DNA from: Thermoproteus tenax Kra 1
GTDB lineage: Archaea > Thermoproteota > Thermoprotei > Thermoproteales > Thermoproteaceae
DNA: 32,000 nt
Assembly: GCF_000253055.1 (NCBI RefSeq)
Contig: NC_016070.1
Location: 900,001 to 932,000, forward strand
Reading direction: 5' to 3'
Notes under the pieces: model-generated
What the model was told of the DNA's origin: nothing
What the model saw: the letters and a program-made list of their open reading frames with translations, nothing else
Database searches by the model: none
Part shown: in pieces, positions 1-7,030 of the stretch
How positions within the stretch are numbered: the first letter of the stretch is position 1
How the letters are laid out: the number at the start of each line of letters is the position of its first letter
Translations under genes and position numbers: made by a program

Positions 1-805
1 TGGCCTCCTCGAATATCTCCCTCAGCTTGGCCTCGGACTCGCCGTAGTATTTGGACATTATCTCGGGGCCGTTTATGGCTATGAAGTACGCGTTGGCCTC
101 GTTGGCCACCGCCTTGGCGAGGAGGGTCTTGCCCACGCCCGGAGGCCCGTACAAGAGTATCCCCTTGGGCGGCTCTATGCCCAGATGTTTGAACAGCTCG
201 GGGTGCCTCAGCGGGAGCTCCACTAGCTCCCTTATCTTCTGTTTCGCCTCCTCCAGATCGCCGATGTCCTCCCAAGTGACGCGAGGGATGGCCAGCTCGG
301 TCTCCTTGACGGGCTCCTCCCTTACAGCCACGTCGGTGTCAACCGACACGTAGGCCGCCGGGCCTGGTTGCACTTGAACTACTACAAACCTTATGGAGCC
401 GCCATAGAAGGGCACGTCTATGGCCTGTCCGCGCGTCACAGGCTTGCCCAGAAGGATCTGCTTCTTGAGGTACTCCGGGTCTACTCTGACGGGCTCCGTA
501 GGGGCCAAGACTACCCTTTGGGCTGGCTTCAGCGAGACCCTCCTCACTTTGACCGTATCCCCTATGCCCACGCCAGCGTTCTGCCTTATCATGCCGTCCA
601 TGCGTATTATGTCTTTGTCCTCGTCCTCAGGATAGGCCGGCCACACTTGCGCATAGGCCGTCTTGCGCCCCACGATCTCAACGTAGTCGCCCGGCTCTAC
701 GCCGAGCTTCTTCATGACTCTTATCGGTATCCTAACTATCGAGCGCCCAACGTCGCGGGACTTCGCTTCGTATATGCGCAGAATGACCTCATCGGCCATG
801 CTCAT
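1..805 (-). CDS. cdc48: CDC48/VCP-like AAA+ ATPase, N-terminal part (gene continues beyond the window start)
   Basis: Minus-strand translation from ATG 803-805 (or ATG 797-799) reads MSMADEVILRIYEAKSRDVGRSIVRIPIRVMKKLGVEPGDYVEIVG..., a CDC48 N-domain style. It runs to ...PKGILLYGPPGVGKTLLAKAVANEANAYFIAINGPEIMSKYYGESE (Walker A of the first AAA module) at the window edge. It is missing from the ORF track because no stop codon lies inside the window. TATA-like TTTTATAG (minus) at 819-826. Confidence 0.9.
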   Translation of the reverse strand, partial: MSMADEVILRIYEAKSRDVGRSIVRIPIRVMKKLGVEPGDYVEIVGRKTAYAQVWPAYPEDEDKDIIRMDGMIRQNAGVGIGDTVKVRRVSLKPAQRVVLAPTEPVRVDPEYLKKQILLGKPVTRGQAIDVPFYGGSIRFVVVQVQPGPAAYVSVDTDVAVREEPVKETELAIPRVTWEDIGDLEEAKQKIRELVELPLRHPELFKHLGIEPPKGILLYGPPGVGKTLLAKAVANEANAYFIAINGPEIMSKYYGESEAKLREIFEEA

Positions 806-900
806 GGCCCTCCCCTGTCTATAAAAGCTTTCTTCATCGCGCCGGCGACTCTGCGCCAATGGCGGAGATGAGTTTTTAAGAGGAAGTCTCATTTACGTAT

Positions 901-1425
901 ATGTCCATCTTCGACGAAATCGACAGAATAATGAGAAGATGGCAGAGGTTCTTTGAAGACTTAGAGAAAGAGATCGACGAGGAGTTCAGACGCCTCGCCT
1001 CACAACAGTATCAGTCCCCAAGAAGGCCGCGGTTTTACTACTACGGTTTCGAGATAACTATGGGCCCGGACGGGAAGCCCGTCGTCAGAGAGTTCGGGAA
1101 CGTCAGAGGCAGGAAACAAGGAGGCATCGAGGTCGTCGACGAGATTGAACCGTTGACGGACGTCGTTGAGGACGATGGGAAAATAAGAGTCGTCGCCGAG
1201 ATGCCCGGGGTCGAGAAGGAGGATATAAAGGTGAGGCTCTCCAACGACAACAGAACACTGATAATAAGCGCCTCCGGTAAGGACAGAAAGTATTACAAAG
1301 AGATACCTCTGCCCGCCGAAGTGATCCCAGACAAGACCAAGGCCTCCTACAGAAACGGCGTTTTGACAGTGGAGCTTGAAAAGAAGGACAAGGGACGGGG
1401 CGGTTTCGAGATCAAAGTAGAGTAG
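901..1425 (+). CDS. hsp20: Small heat shock protein, Hsp20/alpha-crystallin family
   Basis: 174-aa ORF with an alpha-crystallin domain pattern DDGKIRVVAEMPGVEKEDIKVRLSNDNRTLIISA ... ASYRNGVLTVELEKK. TATA-like TTTTTAAG at 873-880, about 25 nt before the ATG. Divergent from cdc48. Confidence 0.9.
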   Translation: MSIFDEIDRIMRRWQRFFEDLEKEIDEEFRRLASQQYQSPRRPRFYYYGFEITMGPDGKPVVREFGNVRGRKQGGIEVVDEIEPLTDVVEDDGKIRVVAEMPGVEKEDIKVRLSNDNRTLIISASGKDRKYYKEIPLPAEVIPDKTKASYRNGVLTVELEKKDKGRGGFEIKVE

Positions 1426-2371
1426 GCAGCTCCTGGGCCAACGCCTTGATGAGCTCCACTGCGTTTTTTAAGTCATCTAAGTGCACCATCTCGGCGGGGC
1501 TGTGGGCGTACTTGTTGGGTATGCCGATGGCCACGGCAAGCACGCCGGCTTGAACGAAAGCCGCCGCATCGGTGCCTCCCCCGCCTCCGCCTATTTGGAC
1601 CGGTATTCCCCTCCTCCTCGCTAAGTCTAGCACCGCCCTCGCCAAACGCGTCGCGTAGCCTCCGTAGTTATCAAACAGCCTTATCACGGGGCCCTTCCCG
1701 GGCTTAACTGGGCCGTTGACAGCGGGGTTGCAACACGCCATTGTGTCCACAACTACGGCGTACTTCACATCGAGCTTTCTCGAGATCCACTTGGCCCCCA
1801 CTAGCCCGACCTCTTCCTGAGTGGTCCACACAAATTTGGCATCTACCTCTCTCGACGCTGCCAACAACGCCCATGTGCCCGCTCTGTCGTCTAGAGACGG
1901 CGATGTCACAAAGCGCCCCGCGACGGCCGGCCTCTTCTCGAAGGCTATGGGCGTCAATGGGCCGAAGCCCAAGGACTCAAGCTCCTCCTTCGTCAAGCCG
2001 AAGTCGGCGTAGAGCTCCTCGGCCCCCTTCTCGACATGCCCGCTCTTCCCGAAGTGCGGCGCTTCGACCCCGATGACTCCCGTGAGCTCGAAGGAATCGC
2101 CGTAGGCGATCACGCGGGCCCCCTTCAGAACTGCGTCGTCGATCGAGCCAGCCTTTCTGAACTTTACTTTACCGTCGTCCTCTACAGATGTAGCTATCAA
2201 GCCCACTTCGTCGAGATGCGCCACGAAGGCCACCTTGGATCTCCCCGACGTAACTACTCCGAACTCATCCGCCTCTCCTCCGGCTAGCTCAGCCACCTTC
2301 GCCGAGATCCTCTGCTCGAATCCAGAGACGCCTGGGATCGACAACAGAGTGAAGAGGAGGTCCAGATCCAT
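1412..2371 (-). CDS. M42 family metallopeptidase (FrvX/TET aminopeptidase / endoglucanase-like)
   Basis: 319-aa ORF. N-terminus MDLDLLFTLLSIPGVSGFEQRI plus metal-site style motifs AHLDEVG, SLDDRAG, TTQEEVGLVGA, AHSPAE. The 3' end overlaps hsp20 by 14 nt (convergent). Confidence 0.8.
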   Translation of the reverse strand: MDLDLLFTLLSIPGVSGFEQRISAKVAELAGGEADEFGVVTSGRSKVAFVAHLDEVGLIATSVEDDGKVKFRKAGSIDDAVLKGARVIAYGDSFELTGVIGVEAPHFGKSGHVEKGAEELYADFGLTKEELESLGFGPLTPIAFEKRPAVAGRFVTSPSLDDRAGTWALLAASREVDAKFVWTTQEEVGLVGAKWISRKLDVKYAVVVDTMACCNPAVNGPVKPGKGPVIRLFDNYGGYATRLARAVLDLARRRGIPVQIGGGGGGTDAAAFVQAGVLAVAIGIPNKYAHSPAEMVHLDDLKNAVELIKALAQELPTLL

Positions 2372-2415
2372 ACGCCTCGTAGAGATTACGTTAAAATAAG
2401 TTTCTTCATACTCCT

Positions 2416-3126
2416 GTGCCCTATCACATCAGAGCCAACAGAGGGGATATAGCCGAGTTTGTTGTCGGCGTAGGCGATCCCGCGCGCGCCCAGCTATTCG
2501 CCGACCTTATCGGCGCGAGACTGGTGAACTCCCATAGATTTCCGGTCTATACAGGAGATTATCGGGGCATGCCGGTGACTATAGTGGGCCACGGTATTGG
2601 CGCGCCATCTATAGCCATAGCTCTGGAGGAGCTCCATCAGTTGGGCATGAGGAGGTTCGTAAGGATAGGTACAGCGGGCGCCCTCGCGGACCTGAGGATA
2701 GGCGATGTGGTCGTGGCGAGCTCCGCCATAGTCCCACATAGGGGCGGCATCTATTCGGCATATCTGGGCGACGCATATCCCCCTCTGGCCCCCTCGCCCG
2801 AGTTGGCCACGGCCCTCTACGAGGGGCTCAGAGGATCAAACGCCGTCCTTGGCCCAGTGGTCTCCAGCGATGCCTTCTACGCAGAGTCGCAAGAGGCAGA
2901 GAGGTGGAGGCGTTGGGGAGCTCTGGCGGTCGAAATGGAGTGCGCCGCGGCGATGATGTTGGGATGGCTGAGGGGGTTTCAGACGGCGTGTGTCCTTGTG
3001 ATAAGCAATGTGGTCGGAAGAGAGGAGACCGCAGATCTCTCGAAAAGGTTCGCGGAAATATTTCTGAGAGTACTGGATATCATGAGGGGTTCCTACTCGT
3101 CACCTATCAGGAGCGGCAGCCCTTGA
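2416..3126 (+). CDS. Nucleoside phosphorylase, PNP/UDP-1 family (purine or uridine phosphorylase type)
   Basis: 236-aa ORF with a GTG start. Motifs GHGIGAPS, RIGTAGAL and VEMECAA are characteristic of DeoD/Udp-type phosphorylases. A shared A/T-rich TATA region at 2388-2398 serves this gene and the divergent M42 gene. Confidence 0.8.
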   Translation: MPYHIRANRGDIAEFVVGVGDPARAQLFADLIGARLVNSHRFPVYTGDYRGMPVTIVGHGIGAPSIAIALEELHQLGMRRFVRIGTAGALADLRIGDVVVASSAIVPHRGGIYSAYLGDAYPPLAPSPELATALYEGLRGSNAVLGPVVSSDAFYAESQEAERWRRWGALAVEMECAAAMMLGWLRGFQTACVLVISNVVGREETADLSKRFAEIFLRVLDIMRGSYSSPIRSGSP

Positions 3127-3405
3127 ATCACTAAGTACGAAGTATTCGCGGCTTAAAATATCTAGCGCGGCGAGGATCTCTCTATACTTTTCCTCAATAC
3201 ACGAGGAGCAATACGCGAGAGCCCGCCTCTTATACACGCCTAAATAGCCTAAGTTTTCGGAGTTGATGTCTACGCCGCATCTACTACATTTCAATTTTCT
3301 TATTTTCAGAAAAATTTCTACTTCTGTTCTGTCTACGTTCGCCAGGACTCTGCCATCGACGGAAAGATAGTAGAATAGTTTCAGCCTACTCCCCCTCTCT
3401 CCCAT
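3100..3405 (-). CDS. Small hypothetical protein with CxxC...CxxC zinc-ribbon-like motif
   Basis: I trimmed the track ORF 3100..3447 to ATG 3403-3405 (MGERGSRLKLFYYLSVDG...) because a TTTTTATTC TATA-like box (minus) lies about 20 nt upstream. Contains CSRCG-x23-CSSC. The gene sits in a visibly A/T-richer patch than its neighbours, and its 3' end overlaps the phosphorylase gene by 27 nt. Confidence 0.45.
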   Translation of the reverse strand: MGERGSRLKLFYYLSVDGRVLANVDRTEVEIFLKIRKLKCSRCGVDINSENLGYLGVYKRRALAYCSSCIEEKYREILAALDILSREYFVLSDSRAAAPDR

Positions 3406-3447
3406 GTAGAATAGGATAGAATAAAAACAACTGACGTTGTCCGACAA

Positions 3448-4299
3448 ATGCTACAGCTAGTGCAATATTTCGCACAATACATAGGGCTAATGGCGGCGGG
3501 CTACCTAGTGGGCCGCCTATTGAGGGTCAAGGTGCCGTCTCTCGTCTTTACGTTGGTCGTCTCAGCGCTGATCTTCTTGGCGTCGGCCGCAAGCGCTGAT
3601 GTCATAATAGGCTCTGTAGGCTATATCCTGGCCATCTCATCTGCCTACGCCCTCTTAGTCTCGTTGGCATCGGCGGCGCCGCTCGCTCCACTGGTGGGCC
3701 GCGCCCACAGGGAGGGGGCGCCTGCGCCGAAGATATCCTTGGTGGCGTTGGCCTCTCTCATCTTGGGGATATCGTTCGGACGCCTCATCGACGCGCCCTA
3801 CGAGTCGGCCATAGGACCTGTCCTCATGTTGCTCCTATTTTTGGCGGGCGCAGACATAAGCTCAATTAGAGGATTGAAGATAGAGCCCAGAGCACTAGCT
3901 CCTCCTGCGGCGTCTCTCGCGGCGAGTTTCGCAGTAGGTCTCGTCATTTATGACCTTACCGGCGTAAGCCCCGCTGTGGCAGTCGGGATGGGCTGGTACA
4001 GCTTCACAGGACCCTTCTTGTTGACCGCCTCTAACGATCCAACTCTCTCCACTATAGGGTTTTTGGCAAACTTCATTAGAGAGCAGCTTACCTACCTACT
4101 GGTGCCTCTGCTCTCAAGCCGCCTCCCCCGCGAGGCCCTAATAGCCATGGGGGGAGCCACCACCATGGACAACACGCTTCCTCTGTATAGATCAGTCTAC
4201 GGAGCAGAGGCCGTAGTGCCCGCGGTGATTAACGGCGTCGTTCTCACGATCGCCGTCCCTGTGGTTGTGCCTTTGGTCTATAGCCTATTTCCTCGCTAG
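3448..4299 (+). CDS. Membrane protein, DUF340 / LysO (lysine exporter)-like family
   Basis: 283-aa ORF that is almost entirely hydrophobic segments. The GMGWYSFTGP motif resembles the conserved GWYS(L/F)(S/T)G of LysO/YbjE-like proteins. TATA-like AGAATAAAAAC about 25 nt upstream. Confidence 0.65.
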   Translation: MLQLVQYFAQYIGLMAAGYLVGRLLRVKVPSLVFTLVVSALIFLASAASADVIIGSVGYILAISSAYALLVSLASAAPLAPLVGRAHREGAPAPKISLVALASLILGISFGRLIDAPYESAIGPVLMLLLFLAGADISSIRGLKIEPRALAPPAASLAASFAVGLVIYDLTGVSPAVAVGMGWYSFTGPFLLTASNDPTLSTIGFLANFIREQLTYLLVPLLSSRLPREALIAMGGATTMDNTLPLYRSVYGAEAVVPAVINGVVLTIAVPVVVPLVYSLFPR

Positions 4300-4857
4300 C
4301 CGCTCTACGCCCCATCTATAGATGTCGTTGTGTCTGACTCCTATTATGTCCAGAATTCTGCCCACGACGAAATCTATCAAGTCGTCGATAGTCTTAGGTC
4401 TGTGGTAAAACGGAGGAGAGGCCGGCATAATCACGGCCCCCGCCTCGGCGGCCAACTGCATGTTTTTAATATGTACTAGGCTCAGCGGCATTTCCCTGAT
4501 CAACAACACCAGCTTTCTTCTCTCCTTGAGCGCTACCTCTGCCGCCCGTATTATTAAGTTGAGCGTCAACCCGTTGGCTATCGCCGCCAGGGTCTTCGTA
4601 GAGCACGGCGCTATGACCACGGCGTCTAGGGGGAAGCTGCCCGAGGCAGGCGGGGCGCCCATGTCGTGTTCCTCCCAGTAGTAGTCAGCCAGAGAGAGGA
4701 CGTAGTCTCTCTCAACGCCGAGTTCGTGCCTTATTATGTCCCAGGCTGTCCGCGACACGGAGAGGTGCACCTCAACGCCGTGTCTCTTCAGAGCTTGGAG
4801 CAACCTCACGCCGTAGATGACGCCGGAGGCCCCCGTGATTCCCACGAACGTTCTCAT
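4285..4857 (-). CDS. ubiX: Flavin prenyltransferase UbiX/Pad1 family
   Basis: MRTFVGITGASGVIYGVRLLQAL..., APCSTKTLAAIANG and the overall ~190-aa size are typical of UbiX. I moved the start from 4872 to ATG 4855-4857 because TTAATATATA (minus) at 4880-4889 sits about 25 nt upstream of it. Confidence 0.9.
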   Translation of the reverse strand: MRTFVGITGASGVIYGVRLLQALKRHGVEVHLSVSRTAWDIIRHELGVERDYVLSLADYYWEEHDMGAPPASGSFPLDAVVIAPCSTKTLAAIANGLTLNLIIRAAEVALKERRKLVLLIREMPLSLVHIKNMQLAAEAGAVIMPASPPFYHRPKTIDDLIDFVVGRILDIIGVRHNDIYRWGVERLARK

Positions 4858-4904
4858 GGGAGCCTGCGGCAATGAACATATATATTAAGCGTTAAGATGA
4901 TAAT

Positions 4905-5111
4905 ATGCGTAGCAAGAGGCGCATTCTCCACAACCCAGTTGTTGTATCAGTGCACTTGCCCGAGGACTATATCGAGAAGATGGACGCCCTAGTGAAGATG
5001 GGTCTGTTCAAAAGCCGGTCCGAGATCGTTGAGATAGCGTTGCAAGAGCTCGTCTCAAAATACAACGTGACTATCGAGGACGAGGACATAGACGTATTGA
5101 GGGGCAGATAG
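4905..5111 (+). CDS. Ribbon-helix-helix (CopG/NikR-type) DNA-binding protein
   Basis: 68-aa ORF. VVVSVHLPEDYIEKMDALVKMGLFKSRSEIVEIALQELV matches the beta-strand/helix/helix RHH pattern. TATA at 4879-4890. Confidence 0.7.
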   Translation: MRSKRRILHNPVVVSVHLPEDYIEKMDALVKMGLFKSRSEIVEIALQELVSKYNVTIEDEDIDVLRGR

Positions 5112-5112
5112 C

Positions 5113-5161
5113 TCAGTCGTGTCACCTGCGGTCACATATCGCCACACACCGCTCTCATCAC
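5113..5161 (-). ncRNA. C/D-box sRNA candidate (2'-O-methylation guide)
   Basis: Minus strand, 5161->5113: GUGAUGA (C box), GAGCGGUGUGUG (12-nt guide), GCGA (D'-like), UAU, GUGACCG (C'-like), CAGGUGACACGA (12-nt guide), CUGA (D box). That is 49 nt with canonical archaeal spacing. It exactly fills the gap between the convergent genes 4905..5111 and 5169..5777, directly 3' of the latter. The first guide complements CACACACCGC, part of the universal SSU rRNA sequence GUACACACCGCCCGUC. Confidence 0.55.
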
Positions 5162-5168
5162 AGATGCG

Positions 5169-5777
5169 CTAGGGCACCTCAATATTAGCGTGTCGCCTGG
5201 CGAGCTCTTGCTCATTCTTGCCGAGCCTCTTCATTAGGTCGGCTACAACGGCGTCCAGGACCACTATGGTAGTGTCCTCAAAGAGAGTGCCCAGAGGGGA
5301 CAGAGGCTCGTGGAGACCCAAGATCTGTCTGGCGAAATAGTCGTCCATCACGGCGACTTTGGTGCGGCCGGGGACAAATACGACTAGATCTGACAACTTC
5401 CCCAACGGAGAGTCGGGGTACGTAGTTACTGCGACAACGGTGGCGCCCATCTTCTTCGCCGCCTCGGCGGCCGCAATGACTATCTGGGTGGTCCCGCTGC
5501 CCGATATGGCGACAACTAGATCGCCCTTCTCCACCGGAGGGGTTATGGTCTCGCCCAGAACGTACGAGTGTAGGCCCAAATGCCTCAGTCTCATGGCGAA
5601 CCCTCTGCCGACGAGGCCGCTTCGGCCCATTCCAACCACGAGGACGGCCCTCTCCTCTTTATATGCTGTGACTAATAATTGTACAAACTTCTCAATAGAA
5701 TCTAAATCCAGTTTATTTAAAGAGTTTATTATGAAATGAGCAATTTCCAAATATGCAGATTTGAATATATCTGACAC
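5169..5777 (-). CDS. SIS-domain sugar-phosphate isomerase, 6-phospho-3-hexuloisomerase (PHI)-like
   Basis: 202-aa ORF with a GTG start. VVGMGRSGLVGRGFAMRLRHLG ... VAISGSGTT ... is the SIS phosphosugar-binding pattern. Size and layout match PHI/HxlB-type proteins. Confidence 0.75.
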   Translation of the reverse strand: MSDIFKSAYLEIAHFIINSLNKLDLDSIEKFVQLLVTAYKEERAVLVVGMGRSGLVGRGFAMRLRHLGLHSYVLGETITPPVEKGDLVVAISGSGTTQIVIAAAEAAKKMGATVVAVTTYPDSPLGKLSDLVVFVPGRTKVAVMDDYFARQILGLHEPLSPLGTLFEDTTIVVLDAVVADLMKRLGKNEQELARRHANIEVP

Positions 5778-5805
5778 ATATAAAAGAAATTATATGTTTT
5801 TAAAG

Positions 5806-6180
5806 TTATCTTCTCAGCGATCTATCCCCGCGGAATACCTCGACCCTCTGAGCTCCGAGCTCTTTGGCAATATAGTTGAAAGCCGCTTCGGGGTCTGTGT
5901 TGCCGCAAGTGTAGACGTCCACTGTAGCGAATGCGTGCTCTGGCCAAGTGTGGACAGATATATGGCTCTCGGCGACTATCGCGAAGACGGTGAGACCGCC
6001 GTTTGCCCCAAACTTGTATGTATTTACGGAGACTAGAGTCGCGTTGGCTATCTTCGCGGCGTTCCTCACTATCTGTATAAGTCTGCCCTCATCTCGGAGC
6101 ACCTCAGAGTTGCAATCATATAGGTTACCATATACGTGCCTGCCTACTACCACGGCCTCACCCCCGGCGACCCCCCTCAT
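5806..6180 (-). CDS. speH: Pyruvoyl-dependent decarboxylase proenzyme of the archaeal AdoMetDC (SpeH) family (could be the crenarchaeal arginine decarboxylase paralog)
   Basis: VAESHISVHTWPE self-processing motif and a length of about 124 aa. I placed the start at ATG 6178-6180 because GTTTATATAT (minus) at 6201-6210 lies about 25 nt upstream. The track start, GTG 6195, is an alternative. Confidence 0.85.
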   Translation of the reverse strand: MRGVAGGEAVVVGRHVYGNLYDCNSEVLRDEGRLIQIVRNAAKIANATLVSVNTYKFGANGGLTVFAIVAESHISVHTWPEHAFATVDVYTCGNTDPEAAFNYIAKELGAQRVEVFRGDRSLRR

Positions 6181-6283
6181 GAAAGGGGGGTTCACGGCAG
6201 ATATATAAACTTGACCCCCAAGATTGTTCTCGTAATATCTCGCGTCGTCCTAATCCTCTTATTCCTATAGAGATCACAAATTC

Positions 6284-6311
6284 AAAAAATATAAAGGTTA
6301 TTATACAAAAA
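6284..6311 (-). terminator. T-run terminator candidate for the small acidic ORF
   Basis: On the minus strand the stop TAA (6312-6314) is followed immediately by TTTTT (6307-6311). A TTTTTT run follows at 6284-6289. Oligo-T tracts are the usual archaeal termination signal. Confidence 0.45.
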
Positions 6312-6395
6312 TTACCATTCCTCTTCCTCCTCCCACTCCTCCTCGAACTCGTCCCACAGCTCCTCTTCCTCCTCCCACTCCTCCTCAAATGGCAT
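6312..6395 (-). CDS. 27-aa hyper-acidic Trp/Glu peptide (novel small ORF candidate)
   Basis: Hand translation of the minus strand gives ATG..TAA = MPFEEEWEEEEELWDEFEEEWEEEEEW. A TTTATATA box (minus, 6415-6422) is centred about 25 nt upstream of the ATG, a leaderless geometry. T-runs follow the stop. The ORF contains a perfect 26-nt direct repeat (6319-6344 and 6361-6386). It is below the 60-aa cutoff of the ORF track. Confidence 0.4.
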   Translation of the reverse strand: MPFEEEWEEEEELWDEFEEEWEEEEEW

Positions 6396-6414
6396 AGCTC
6401 AGGCTGTGTCGGGG

Positions 6415-6422
6415 TATATAAA
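6415..6422. promoter_or_regulatory. Bidirectional TATA box (TATATAAA / TTTATATA)
   Basis: This near-palindromic A/T octamer is the only A/T block between the divergent small acidic ORF (ATG 6395) and ORF 6425..7030. The spacing fits a leaderless start at 6395 on the minus strand. On the plus strand it fits a start near GTG 6440/6452. Confidence 0.5.
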
Positions 6423-6424
6423 CA

Positions 6425-7030
6425 ATGCACTTTGTAACTGTGGCGACGTTAGTGGCGGTCAAGAGGGCCTACGTGGAGGGAGTCACCCAAAGAAGAATCA
6501 GATATACATTTTTATATAACGAGGCGGCGCCGCTACGTCTGCTGATAGAGGAGGCGAGGCGCCGCGCCGAGGAGATAGCGGCTGAGTGGAGTTCGACCCT
6601 CTGCCGCGCGGAGCTCCCGAGCGTAGGAGTGCTCGCCCTAGAGTGGCTGGGAGGGACTCTATTGGCAGACTTGTCCATATGCTTCCCCATATCAAGGCCG
6701 TTGACGAGGCCCGTGGATATGTTCCTAGACGCAGAGTTCAAGAAACTATCCCTATGTCTTGAGCCTCTGGCCCCCATAGGGGAGATCTTGGGATATTCGG
6801 TGGCCAAGGCCAGATCCCTCAGAGATGCAGCGGGGCGCATCTCGTTGAGGGACGGCATCTTGGTGGTCAAACTGAAGGGCCTATATTTCATGGGAAGGGG
6901 ATCTGCCGAGCCCGATCTGCAGGGCGGCATCAGAGTCGAGGTGGCCAAGCTCGGCTGCGAGGGCATCGATCCCCTAAAGGGACTTCTGAAGGCCAGAGAG
7001 CTCCTCAGACGTCGGGGTAGGACAGCATGA
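6425..7030 (+). CDS. Hypothetical protein, no recognisable motifs
   Basis: 201-aa ORF with codon usage like the neighbouring genes (ATA, AGG/AGA, CTA/TTG). ATG 6425 lies only 3 nt after the TATA box, so the true start may be the in-frame GTG 6440 or 6452. The 3' end overlaps the convergent TnpB-like gene by 26 nt. Confidence 0.5.
   Translation: MHFVTVATLVAVKRAYVEGVTQRRIRYTFLYNEAAPLRLLIEEARRRAEEIAAEWSSTLCRAELPSVGVLALEWLGGTLLADLSICFPISRPLTRPVDMFLDAEFKKLSLCLEPLAPIGEILGYSVAKARSLRDAAGRISLRDGILVVKLKGLYFMGRGSAEPDLQGGIRVEVAKLGCEGIDPLKGLLKARELLRRRGRTA

Noticed and set aside
865-894. Inverted repeat AGATGAG...CTCATTT flanking the hsp20 TATA box as a heat-shock operator
   Set aside because: Only 5-6 matching bases per arm, too short to distinguish from chance without comparative data.
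6158-6430. 90-aa minus-strand ORF (MHCLYTPTQPELCHLRRSGRRKRSCGTSSRRSGRRKR...) from the ORF track
   Set aside because: It is an Arg/Ser-rich alternative frame across the pyrimidine/purine repeat tract. It overlaps the speH start and runs through the TATA box and T-runs. The 27-codon Glu/Trp frame, with correct promoter and terminator geometry, explains the region better.
6469-6966. 165-aa ORF antisense to 6425..7030
   Set aside because: Its Ser/Arg/Pro-rich composition is typical of shadow frames in GC-rich DNA. The plus-strand frame shows the codon preferences of neighbouring genes. I kept it in mind only as the place where a TnpB-associated RNA could hide.
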